Under the pieces are notes generated by a model. The model did no database searches, had not been told where the DNA came from, and was given only the letters and a program-made list of their open reading frames with translations. Below are positions 29,648 to 38,668 of a stretch of 64,000 bases of DNA, one piece after another. This DNA comes from Candidatus Aegiribacteria sp. (GTDB lineage Bacteria; Fermentibacterota; Fermentibacteria; Fermentibacterales; JCC-6), in the NCBI GenBank assembly GCA_046498225.1, contig JAWOBF010000043.1, forward strand, positions 28,636 to 92,635, read 5' to 3'. The position numbers were made by a program, and so were the translations under genes. Every line of letters begins with the position of its first letter. Position 1 is the first letter of the stretch.

Positions 29648-30880
29648 CTACAGCTGGAACGCCCGGCTGATGGAGAGCATCAGCCTGGTTTCGGTTTCCT
29701 CCACGGTGAGGCTGTCACCCGGAGTGAATGAGGGAAGCCCGGTGACCTCCGTCTGCCGCCATCTGTCAGGCGAGAAGCTGGCCCCCAGGTCCAGGTCCCA
29801 CTCCTCGAACTGGAAGCCGAGACCGGTGGTGAAGCTCATCCTGTCAAGCGAAGCGGCTATGGGAGAACGCCGGTAGCTGAAGCCGAACCTCGCGGTGGGT
29901 CCTCCCGGCAGTGAGTTCTCCACCCCGGCGCTGATGCCCCAGGAATTGTGAAGCCCCAGGCTTGTCCCCTGGAATTCAAGTGAGCTCTCGTTGCTCCAGT
30001 GGAACTCCCCGGTGACCCTGGACCTCAGGATATTGCCGGGCACGTAGAGGGCGCCCAGCCTCGCGGTCATCGGCATGTCAAGGTCGTAATCGTCGTCGGA
30101 CAGGGTGTTCCAGTCTACAGGGTCACCGCTGTTCTCCGGCGAGACCGAGAGTTCCATGGGATACTCCAGGCCGGCGCTGACGAAAACCCTCCGGTGGGGT
30201 CTGAACAGCACCGAACCCCTGGTCACGATACCGGACATGGACTCCTCGCGTCCGGCCAGTGTCCCGATCTGGGTCGGGTCAACGTTTGTAACCTCCCAGG
30301 TCACATTCCTGCTCCCGGTCAGGTAGCCGCCCGCCAGTCCGAAGGAGAAGTTATCGGAGGGGATGAAAGCCACCGCCAGGTCGAACTCGCTCAGCTGACC
30401 CGAGACATCCAGAAGTTCCTCCCCGGTCCTGACGTAGGAGGCGTCCCTGATGACGCGGCCGTAATCGTAGTCGAAGAGGCAGGGGACCCTGAAACCCGCC
30501 GCGAAGGCCAGGGATCCCGGCATGCCGCCGGCTCCCCGAAGAGCGGCGGCCGCCCCTCCGGGAAAGAACCCCAGCTCCTTGTTGAAGGCGATCTCAGACT
30601 CTCCTATGGAACTCTCGAACTGGTCGTAGACCCGTCTGGTGCGCTTTTCCACGAAGAAATCCATACCTGCGGACAGCTCCATCAGCAGGCCGTCATCAGA
30701 TATTCCCAGAAGGGCGGGGTTCTCCAGTATGCCCAGGGCCGAGGCCTCCATGAAACCGGACGCTCCCATTCCCAGCGAAGCCGCCGACTGGGAACCCGAA
30801 GGCTCCCCCAGCCACATCACTTCCGGCAGCCCGGCCGTTACCGTCATTAGCGAAATCATTCCTGCTGCGATAATGCTCAT
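29648..30880 (-). CDS. Outer-membrane beta-barrel (FadL/PorV-like N-terminal motif)
   Basis: Signal peptide; AASLGMG...NPALL; alternating beta strands; SFTTGLGF. Confidence 0.72.
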   Translation of the reverse strand: MSIIAAGMISLMTVTAGLPEVMWLGEPSGSQSAASLGMGASGFMEASALGILENPALLGISDDGLLMELSAGMDFFVEKRTRRVYDQFESSIGESEIAFNKELGFFPGGAAAALRGAGGMPGSLAFAAGFRVPCLFDYDYGRVIRDASYVRTGEELLDVSGQLSEFDLAVAFIPSDNFSFGLAGGYLTGSRNVTWEVTNVDPTQIGTLAGREESMSGIVTRGSVLFRPHRRVFVSAGLEYPMELSVSPENSGDPVDWNTLSDDDYDLDMPMTARLGALYVPGNILRSRVTGEFHWSNESSLEFQGTSLGLHNSWGISAGVENSLPGGPTARFGFSYRRSPIAASLDRMSFTTGLGFQFEEWDLDLGASFSPDRWRQTEVTGLPSFTPGDSLTVEETETRLMLSISRAFQL

Positions 30881-30892
30881 TGTTCCTCCACC

Positions 30893-33322
30893 CTACCAGC
30901 GGAAATCCAGCTGACAGCGGATCCCGTATTCCGTAGCATGATCGATGAAATCCCTTACCGGGCTGCCCGGGTCTCCCTCGTAGTAGAAGCTGTCGTCCGG
31001 GTCGGGCCTGTACAGCCCGGTTCTGGGATAGAAAGTGTCTTTGCGAAGCACCCTCAGCCTTAGCTGCAGGTTGTCCGATAGGTTGTTCTTCACGGTCACG
31101 TAGAACTTCGTGCCGTCCCCGTCAAGGAAATCTATTCCGGTATCCTCGAATTCCCACTGGCTCATTCCGTCGGTGGACCACAGGGTGGACCCGCCCAGTA
31201 CGGACAGGTTCCGGCTGAAGTTGTGCTCCCACCTTACGGCCACGTAGCCCCCGGTCATCAGCCTGTCGTCCCCGTAGAGAGGGTTGGGGGTCAGCTCCAC
31301 CATCCCGTACCTCAGCCGCACATCGAAATAGTCGCTGTTCGTGGGAAGGAAGAACGTCCTGAAGGTGTACTCGGTGGTGCGTGAGGTGGTAGGCACCACG
31401 TCATGCATCTTGGTCTTCTCCTGGTACTTGTACTTCAGCCTGAACCTGACGGTGAAGTCGGGTCTGTACTCAACCTCGCCCTGCAGCCTGTGGTTGTCGA
31501 AACCGTAGGGGAGCGACCTCCACATGTCCAGGTATACCCTGGTGAACGTAATGCTCCTGCTCACCTGGAACCGGCTCTCCAGGTAGAGGCCCTCCTCGGG
31601 TTTAGGCGTGGGCCACTGGGCCAGCTGGGACGCCAGGGGGTCGTTCAGGTAGTAGGGTTTCTCGAAGATGGTGTCGTCGTAGCGGAGCTGTTCGGCGAAG
31701 CCGCGGTTGTAGGGATTATTGAAACCCAGGTCGTAGCGGCGCCATATGCCAAGGAGGTAGAAGTAGTCATTCTGCCATCTGCCCCTGGCCAGCGCGGCCA
31801 TGGCGTCGTTGTCCTGTCGGACGACTTCGCCCTCCAGGCTGACGTTGTCGATGATGGTCTGGGCGGACAGGCCGAGGAAGGAGGCGGATTCCCCCGCCTC
31901 CAGGATATCGTACTCCGGGCAGTCCCAGTTCTGGGCATCCCCGGGAATGTCCATGACGGCCGCGTCCGGCACCAGCGAATCGCTGTAGTTCACGCTCATC
32001 GCTCCCAGTCCGATGGCGGTGCCGTAGGGAAGGAATCCTCCGAAGTCGTAAAAGCCGTATCCTCCGTAGGTGGTCTCCTTCAGGACGTCCGCGTAGGGAG
32101 TTGTCCTGGTGGAGGACATGACCGGAATGCTGGGTGTGCCGTCAAGCGCGGTTATGGCGTCCCGGGAGGCATTGGAGTAGAAACCGTAACCGAGGAAGGG
32201 TCCGCTCTGGAATTCGAGGGCTCCTCCCAGCAGGGCGAACTGCCTCGTGGACGTAAGGTCCGGGTAGAGGCCCCAGTTACGGTATGTGGACCTGTACATC
32301 ATCTCATCCGTATTGTCCACCAGCAGGCCCTGTCCCAGCGAGAGGTGGTAGTTGCCCAGGACCACCTGCCTTACCGCCCCTATGTTCTCGATGGAGGCGA
32401 ACCCCTTGGCCACGTCGAACCGGTCGTTGAGGTCTCCCAGTTCCAGGTCGTTGACCAGCCCGAAACCGGACGTGGAATTCCTGCCTCGGGACAGCCTGGC
32501 GCCGCCCCGGAACCGGTCCCCGAGACCCACTCTCACCCGGTGTTCCCATCCAATGGTGTTCTGCGCCTGAAGAAGCTCCTGGTACTGGTCCTGAACCCTT
32601 CCGGCCCAGGCGATGCTGTCGGATTCGGTATAGCCGCGGCCGTCGAGAATGTCGTACTCCGCGGACCGGAGTTCTCCCAGCATGGCCGAGAGTCCCTCCT
32701 CGTCGTACAGCCTTCCGTCGCCGCCGTCCACGACTATCCTGTAACTGCCGAAGAATTCCATGGAGGTGAGGTCCAGCTGCCTGGTGGAGACGAAATCCCT
32801 CATGTTCCGGTAACCGTAGTAGGTGAGGTTGTCCACGCTCCTGAGCGAAGTGACGCTGGAGACGGGACCGAGGACCTTGAGCCTTCGCTCCACCGCCACG
32901 GCGTCAACCAGGCTCACCCTGTCCAGGCTGCGAAGCTGCCAGGACGTGGCGGAGTTGACCGGAATGGGCCTGATGAGATAGTTCTCCCACATGTCCACCG
33001 CCGCGTCCCCGGGTCCGTCCTCTGTGGCCAGCCTCTCCATGATGCTGATCACCTCGGTGGAGATGCTGCCCTCGGCAGGGGGTACGACCACGCAGTTGTT
33101 CTTCAGATAATCCAGCTCCCGCGGTCCGAAACCGGGAATTTCCATCACGTCGTAGATACTGCGCAGTCCCCCCGTCTCGAAGATGAACATGTAAAGGTCT
33201 TCCACCTGTCCTGCGTCCAGCTCCTCCAGTTCCCGCAGCTCCTCCAGGCTGGCGGTGTTGAGGTCGAATCCTCCGGGAACGGAGAGACCGATGCAGGCGG
33301 CCAGTATGAAACTAGAAATCAT
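30893..33322 (-). CDS. ComEA-type helix-hairpin-helix protein fused to a large outer-membrane beta-barrel
   Basis: DLNTASLEELREL and PVNSATSWQLRSL HhH modules; LGNYHLSLGQGL; beta-rich C-terminus ending QLDFRW. Confidence 0.82.
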   Translation of the reverse strand: MISSFILAACIGLSVPGGFDLNTASLEELRELEELDAGQVEDLYMFIFETGGLRSIYDVMEIPGFGPRELDYLKNNCVVVPPAEGSISTEVISIMERLATEDGPGDAAVDMWENYLIRPIPVNSATSWQLRSLDRVSLVDAVAVERRLKVLGPVSSVTSLRSVDNLTYYGYRNMRDFVSTRQLDLTSMEFFGSYRIVVDGGDGRLYDEEGLSAMLGELRSAEYDILDGRGYTESDSIAWAGRVQDQYQELLQAQNTIGWEHRVRVGLGDRFRGGARLSRGRNSTSGFGLVNDLELGDLNDRFDVAKGFASIENIGAVRQVVLGNYHLSLGQGLLVDNTDEMMYRSTYRNWGLYPDLTSTRQFALLGGALEFQSGPFLGYGFYSNASRDAITALDGTPSIPVMSSTRTTPYADVLKETTYGGYGFYDFGGFLPYGTAIGLGAMSVNYSDSLVPDAAVMDIPGDAQNWDCPEYDILEAGESASFLGLSAQTIIDNVSLEGEVVRQDNDAMAALARGRWQNDYFYLLGIWRRYDLGFNNPYNRGFAEQLRYDDTIFEKPYYLNDPLASQLAQWPTPKPEEGLYLESRFQVSRSITFTRVYLDMWRSLPYGFDNHRLQGEVEYRPDFTVRFRLKYKYQEKTKMHDVVPTTSRTTEYTFRTFFLPTNSDYFDVRLRYGMVELTPNPLYGDDRLMTGGYVAVRWEHNFSRNLSVLGGSTLWSTDGMSQWEFEDTGIDFLDGDGTKFYVTVKNNLSDNLQLRLRVLRKDTFYPRTGLYRPDPDDSFYYEGDPGSPVRDFIDHATEYGIRCQLDFRW

Positions 33323-34133
33323 ATGTCACCCCGAACTGGTGGGTAAGGTCCAGCTTTGGATGGCTGATAACGGCGTAATCCAGCTGAATGCCGCTTACCG
33401 TCGTCCCGAGGCCGCCGGATACGGTCACCGGGCTGCTCTGTACCCCCGCCATCAGCGTCATCGCCCCGAGGGGAAGGGACTGGCCCGCGTGCAGCCTCGT
33501 CCCGTTGAAGTCCCGGGAGAGGGTGACGGCGGACATCATGCCACTGGAAGGTTCGTAGCGGAGCCCGGCGTCTATCCTCCTCTTCATATACTCGCCGCTC
33601 TCCCCCACCCTGGCCTGGAAGGGGTTCCTCATGGAAGCCGCCAGAAGCCATCTGCCGTACATCCTCACCTGGAACCCGGTATTCACAGCGAAGGCGGTGG
33701 CGCTTCCGTACTCGGACACCCCCTCGGCGATCTCGGCCCTGCATATTACCGGCTGCACTCCGAAGGACATGTCATCGGTGAGCATGCCGGCAAAGGTAAC
33801 CGCCGCCATCTGTTCGCCGTAGAGGTCTCCTCCGAAACTGCGCAGGCTCAGCCCGGCGCTCCATTCGCCGGCCAGGGGCAGGGCTCCGTCCAGGCCGTAG
33901 GTCCCGAAATCCAGGTTGGAGAATGGAAGTCTTCCGGAGATGACGGCCGCTGTCCCCTCCATCCCGGCGATGGAAGCGGGGTTGAACAGCACCGAACCCG
34001 GGCCGGTAAGGACGACGCCGGTGCCCCCCATGGCCTGGGATGCAACTCCTATCTCCAGCTCCTCGAAGGAAGCGGCGGCCTGTCCCAGCGTGACGAACAG
34101 AACCAGAAACGCTACTGTAGTCTTGATTCGCAT
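33312..34133 (-). CDS. Small outer-membrane beta-barrel, PorV/PorP-like
   Basis: GAGGTG RBS; signal peptide; GVASQAMGG...FNPA; ends HPKLDLTHQFGVTYDF. Confidence 0.75.
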   Translation of the reverse strand: MRIKTTVAFLVLFVTLGQAAASFEELEIGVASQAMGGTGVVLTGPGSVLFNPASIAGMEGTAAVISGRLPFSNLDFGTYGLDGALPLAGEWSAGLSLRSFGGDLYGEQMAAVTFAGMLTDDMSFGVQPVICRAEIAEGVSEYGSATAFAVNTGFQVRMYGRWLLAASMRNPFQARVGESGEYMKRRIDAGLRYEPSSGMMSAVTLSRDFNGTRLHAGQSLPLGAMTLMAGVQSSPVTVSGGLGTTVSGIQLDYAVISHPKLDLTHQFGVTYDF

Positions 34134-34143
34134 ATGTGACACC

Positions 34144-35163
34144 TCAATTCAGCGGAGCGGCCACCACGACGGTCTCGGTGGTGGTATAACGCTTGCCTTC
34201 GGAATCCATACCCTCCAGGAGCACGAGATAGGGACCCATGGGGAGGTAATCCCCCGAATCGTCCGTCCCGTCCCACTGGACCACGTCCCCCGCCGGTCTG
34301 GAATCGGCCAGAATCGCCACGTCCCTTCCGGCCCTGTCGAACACGGTAAGAGTGAAGCTCATATCGGACGGTCCTCCGTACTCCAGGTTCACCGTCTCTC
34401 CCAGCACCGGAGCGAAGGGATTCCCGGTAAGGACGGTTAGATGGAATCCGCTGGAAATGGAAGGCTGATAGACCTGAAGGTCCGACTGGTACCGCGGCAG
34501 CAGCTGGTAGCCGCTGTCGTAGGGGGGCTCCGAATCGTACTGTCCCCCGATGCCTTTCATGAACAGCCTGGTGCCGGCGGTCAGGCCGGCGACACTGATA
34601 CCGGTGGATCCGCTGACCCTGACGGCTACCGCGTTCTGGCCGTTCCAGACGCTGAAATTGTAGCCTCCCCCGGCCGATTCCGGATCGCTGGCAACGGTGA
34701 CCCACTGTCCCTGGGCGCTGTTGCCCAGCGCCAGAAGCTGCCCTTCAACGTCCTCGGTGACACCCTGGTTGATCCCCAGCTGCAGAGGATCGGGCATTCC
34801 CGGAGTATCGATGAAGGTGAAGTCCGAAGGGGTTGCGGGGGAGATCTCCACAAGGCCGTTGTACTGCTTGATCTCACCCGTTATCCTCCAGCGTTCTCCC
34901 GCCGCGATGGGACCGGGGCTGGCGGACTCGTAGGCGTAGACGTTGATTCCGGCGGTCTCGTCCTGAACGTAGAAGCTCAATCCCGTTTCGGAGAAGAGAG
35001 TGCCCTCGCAGGTGGCCGTTCCTTCGATGGTGAGGATCTCGCCCAGGTGGTCCGGGATGCCGTCACCGTCAAGGTCCTCCCGGGCCTCCAGAATAGTAAC
35101 GGTCTGGGCTCCGGACAACGAGACGAAAAGTGTCAGGACCAGGACCGGGAAACTGTTTTTCAT
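34144..35163 (-). CDS. Exported tandem OB-fold protein with C-terminal FlgD-Ig/T9SS-like sorting domain
   Basis: FYVQDETAGI..G...ITGEIKQYNG and GIGGQYD..YQLLPR (YhcR-type OB pattern); NPFAP...VFDRAGR...WDG...GPY. Confidence 0.72.
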   Translation of the reverse strand: MKNSFPVLVLTLFVSLSGAQTVTILEAREDLDGDGIPDHLGEILTIEGTATCEGTLFSETGLSFYVQDETAGINVYAYESASPGPIAAGERWRITGEIKQYNGLVEISPATPSDFTFIDTPGMPDPLQLGINQGVTEDVEGQLLALGNSAQGQWVTVASDPESAGGGYNFSVWNGQNAVAVRVSGSTGISVAGLTAGTRLFMKGIGGQYDSEPPYDSGYQLLPRYQSDLQVYQPSISSGFHLTVLTGNPFAPVLGETVNLEYGGPSDMSFTLTVFDRAGRDVAILADSRPAGDVVQWDGTDDSGDYLPMGPYLVLLEGMDSEGKRYTTTETVVVAAPLN

Positions 35164-35190
35164 CGTCTCCCCTTTCTTGATTGCTTGAAT

Positions 35191-36507
35191 TCAGTCGAGC
35201 TCGGATTCCAGCTCGGCGTCCGCGAGCCTCGCGGCCCTCTCCAGAGCCTCCTCCGCGCTCATTCTTCCGTATATCGCTATCTCGACGGCCTCGGAGAGGA
35301 ACATCCTTCCATCGTACCAGAACGTTCCCTGGGGCTCGAACTGGGCGTATTCCACCTGAAGCATCACTTCCTCCAGACCCGGATACTCCTGGAATCTCTC
35401 CCGTATCGCCGAATGGTCAAGAGAACTCTCTGTTGCCGGTATGTAACCGGTGGCGGCGCTCCATCTGGCCTGCTGTTCGGGTTCGGTGAACCATTTGATG
35501 AACTCCCAGCCCGCCCGGACCGTGGCGCTGTCGGACCTGAAAAGGATAACGTTGGTGCCCGCTATTATGACGGCTTTCTCCCTTCCGGCGGGAAGGGGGG
35601 CTATGCCCAGGGTGAAGACATCATCACCGCTGTTCTCCATTCTTTCGACGGTATTCTCAAGGAATGACAGGGAGACCGTGGAGCCCTGGACCATACCCAC
35701 CTTACCCTCGAGGAAATCATTCTGATGCGTATACCCCGACGATATCCTGGCGGAGCTGTCGGTGTATATAAGGTGGATCAGCAGCTGAAGGGCCTCTATA
35801 CCCTCCGGCGAGTTGAACGCGGTGCTGGAGCTGTCGCTGCTGAGCAGCGCGCCTCCGTTCTGGAGCAGAAGGTTCTCGAACATTCCCACACTGGGATTGA
35901 AGGCGGTGCCCCACCTGTCGCAGTCGTCCATAAGGTCGCCGTCATCGTTGCCGTCATGGGTGAGGGAATCCAGGACCATCCTGTACTCCTCCCAGGTGGC
36001 CGGAGGTCGCAGCCCGAGGCTGTCCATGAGCTGGGTGTTGTAGTAGAGGGCCTGAACGCTCTTGTTGAAGGGGAAACTGTATATCCGGCCATTGTAGGTG
36101 TTGTTGCGGCGGAAAACGGTGAAGAAATCGTTCTCCCATCTCTCCGTCACCGCCGGGTCATCCAGCCGCATAAGCGAATCCAGCGGGACAAGCGCTTCCC
36201 CTCTTATCAGCTGTGATGTCCAGGTCTCGTACGCCTGGGCCACCACCGGAGTGTCCCCGGCCATGACGCTGGCCAGTATCTTCTGGCAGAGGGCCCTGTA
36301 GTTGCCCATGCTCACAGGTATCACCCTGATACCGGGATGAGTAGCGTTGAACTCCTCTATCAGGGTATCTTCGAGATATTCGCCCAGAGGGCCGCCCATG
36401 GCATGCCAGAATATCACCTGGACCTCATCGGCGGTGTTCGATGAACCGTCCCCGCAGGCCAGCGCCAGCGCGAGTATCAGGATGGCCGGGCAGGATCTTG
36501 TGAGCAG
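35191..36507 (-). CDS. ABC transporter substrate-binding lipoprotein (UgpB/family 1)
   Basis: Lipobox LALAC; FWHAMGG, PFNKS..LYYN, GTN, QARWSAATGYIP; start CTG 36507 or TTG/ATG upstream. Confidence 0.9.
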   Translation of the reverse strand: MLTRSCPAILILALALACGDGSSNTADEVQVIFWHAMGGPLGEYLEDTLIEEFNATHPGIRVIPVSMGNYRALCQKILASVMAGDTPVVAQAYETWTSQLIRGEALVPLDSLMRLDDPAVTERWENDFFTVFRRNNTYNGRIYSFPFNKSVQALYYNTQLMDSLGLRPPATWEEYRMVLDSLTHDGNDDGDLMDDCDRWGTAFNPSVGMFENLLLQNGGALLSSDSSSTAFNSPEGIEALQLLIHLIYTDSSARISSGYTHQNDFLEGKVGMVQGSTVSLSFLENTVERMENSGDDVFTLGIAPLPAGREKAVIIAGTNVILFRSDSATVRAGWEFIKWFTEPEQQARWSAATGYIPATESSLDHSAIRERFQEYPGLEEVMLQVEYAQFEPQGTFWYDGRMFLSEAVEIAIYGRMSAEEALERAARLADAELESELD

Positions 36508-36585
36508 AATCCACCTCCCTGGATGGAGCCGGAGAATAATGGCTAGTATACTATCTTGAAAATGCACCTACCAGAGACACGAAGC

Positions 36586-36849
36586 TCAGGATTCGTCGCA
36601 GCGGCCTCCGGCGGGACAGCTGTCCCCTTTCTCTCCGCAGCTTCCGCCGGCGCAGCCGCCGTCCCCGCCACGGGCGTAGTCCGTAGCGTAAAAACCGGTT
36701 CCCTTGAAGATGATGCCAGAACCCGTACCTATCATCCTCTCCGCCTCTTCCCCGCAGTCGGGGCAGGCCCTGGGAGCAACATCGTTCATGTTATGGAACA
36801 CATCAAACCTCAGGCCGCAGCCTTTACACCTGTATTCGTAAGTCGGCAT
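36586..36849 (-). CDS. FmdB-family zinc-ribbon protein
   Basis: MPTYEYRCKGCG, CPDCG, FKGTGFYATDY, Cys/Gly-rich tail. Confidence 0.92.
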   Translation of the reverse strand: MPTYEYRCKGCGLRFDVFHNMNDVAPRACPDCGEEAERMIGTGSGIIFKGTGFYATDYARGGDGGCAGGSCGEKGDSCPAGGRCDES

Positions 36850-37054
36850 TTGGAACTGTACCTTTCAATGGTTATTCACTGGTTCTTCCTGACATACTGC
36901 AACAACCTGTGGAACCGGCGGGTTCCCGTCCGTATACAGGCAATATTCATTCCAGTCGGCACAAATCCTTAATTTACTGTTCTATATATATTTGCATGTC
37001 CACATAACGGTACCGCGCCCGCAGGCGCGTCAAAGGGACATAGGCGCCGGCCCT

Positions 37055-38098
37055 TCAATCGCGGACGGATGCGCCGGTATCGGTAATATTCAGTTCATCC
37101 TCGTGCTCGGCTATCCTGCTGACCTGGGATGCTGTCACGCCCTCCCCGATGGCCGCCACCAGCCCCACCAGTATGACGGGAATGAACTGGGTGGTATGAA
37201 ATACCAGTGCCAGCACCCTGGCGGTTTCCGCCGTGATGCCCGCCAGCCCCGGCAGTACCAGTACCAGCGCTCCGTGCACCGTGCCCGTTCCCGCCGGAGT
37301 CGGTATGAGCATTCCCAGTCCCGCCAGGACCAGGACCATTACAGGGTAGTACCACATCATGGCCAGACGCATGGCCCAGAAGACGGGTATCACCGAAAGG
37401 GTCAGTGACGTCCAGACAAGCAGGGACAGCAGACCGACCCTGAGGGTGTCCTTCCAGTCCCTCATTATCTCCAGCCCTTCGGCGAAGGACATCAGTAGTC
37501 CCTCCGTCTTCTTCCCCAGGGACTCGAGGCCGACCCACTTCAGAGGCAGTGACAGGGCTCCGGCCGCCCTTTCCCTGAACCTTCCGAGGAGTATCAGGAC
37601 AGTCAGAACGCTAAGGTAAAGCAGGCCCGCCGCCATCAGCCCCGCCCTTATGCCTCCATCCAGCCTGTCCCACAGCACCGTCAGCGCCAGAAGTGTCATG
37701 GCGGCCAGGGTGAGGCCGTCGAACAGCCTCGCCAGCACCACCGTCGCGAAAGAACCCGCCCTGGGAACCGAGGTCCTGCGTGACAGCAGCAGCGCCCTGA
37801 GTATCTCACCGACCCGCCCGGGAAGTAGCGTATTGACGAAAAAACCCGTTATCAGAGGACCCGAGGCGTCCCCGACGGAAACCTTCTCCATGGGAGAAAG
37901 CAGTTTCCTCCACCTGACGACCCTGAAGAGATAACTGAGGACAAGCGGCGGCAGCACCAGCAGAAGGACCGGCCACTGCATATCGCGCAGGGCACCGAGC
38001 AGAGCTTCCGTATCGGTCTTCCTGTAGGTGAGGTAGAGAGCGACGCCGGCTATGACAAGTCCCGGGACCAGGTGCTTCCATAGGACTCCCTTTTTCAA
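37055..38098 (-). CDS. Lysylphosphatidylglycerol-synthase TM / flippase-like protein (UPF0104)
   Basis: RVVRW, NTLLPGRVGEILR, RLFD, PTPAGTG; multiple TM segments. Confidence 0.88.
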   Translation of the reverse strand: MKKGVLWKHLVPGLVIAGVALYLTYRKTDTEALLGALRDMQWPVLLLVLPPLVLSYLFRVVRWRKLLSPMEKVSVGDASGPLITGFFVNTLLPGRVGEILRALLLSRRTSVPRAGSFATVVLARLFDGLTLAAMTLLALTVLWDRLDGGIRAGLMAAGLLYLSVLTVLILLGRFRERAAGALSLPLKWVGLESLGKKTEGLLMSFAEGLEIMRDWKDTLRVGLLSLLVWTSLTLSVIPVFWAMRLAMMWYYPVMVLVLAGLGMLIPTPAGTGTVHGALVLVLPGLAGITAETARVLALVFHTTQFIPVILVGLVAAIGEGVTASQVSRIAEHEDELNITDTGASVRD

Positions 38099-38668
38099 TC
38101 AGTCATCCCCCCTGCCGCGGAAGGCTTTTTCTACCGCGTCACAGACGGCGTGGCCCGCTATCAGCAGAGCTTCCTGCACATGGCTGGTCTCCGGGGATTC
38201 CGCAGATACGCATACATCGGAAAGGCGGCCCACGGCTCCTTCCGCCGCTCCGGTGAAGCCGATGGTCTTCATTCCCATCTCCCTGGCCTTCTCCATGGCC
38301 TTTATCACGTTCATGGATCCGCCGCTGGTGGATATTCCCACCAGAAGGTCCCCGGGGCGGCCCAGAGCCTCCACCTGTCTGGAGAAGACAAGGGAATAAT
38401 CGTAATCATTGGCTATCGCGGTGATAACGGCGGAATTAGCGGTTATGGCCACCGCCGGCAGAGCCCTTCGGTCCATTCTGAACCTGCCCACCAGCTCCCC
38501 GGCGAAATGCTGTGAATCGGCCGCGCTGCCTCCGTTGCCGCAGAAAAATACAGTCCCCCCGTTCCCGATACATTCGACACAGAGTTCCGCCGCCTTCCGG
38601 ACAGCGTTCCCGTTCAGGGACGCGGTGGCTTCCCGGGCGGCCGCGAGATAACGCTCTATATCAGACAT
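38099..38668 (-). CDS. gmhA: Phosphoheptose isomerase
   Basis: CGNGGSAADSQH, ND, STSGGS, VQE..H; start trimmed to ATG 38668. Confidence 0.93.
   Translation of the reverse strand: MSDIERYLAAAREATASLNGNAVRKAAELCVECIGNGGTVFFCGNGGSAADSQHFAGELVGRFRMDRRALPAVAITANSAVITAIANDYDYSLVFSRQVEALGRPGDLLVGISTSGGSMNVIKAMEKAREMGMKTIGFTGAAEGAVGRLSDVCVSAESPETSHVQEALLIAGHAVCDAVEKAFRGRGDD

Noticed and set aside
28146..33346. Long plus-strand ORFs (493, 283 and 647 aa)
   Set aside because: Antisense to well-supported genes; expected from GC-rich codon bias
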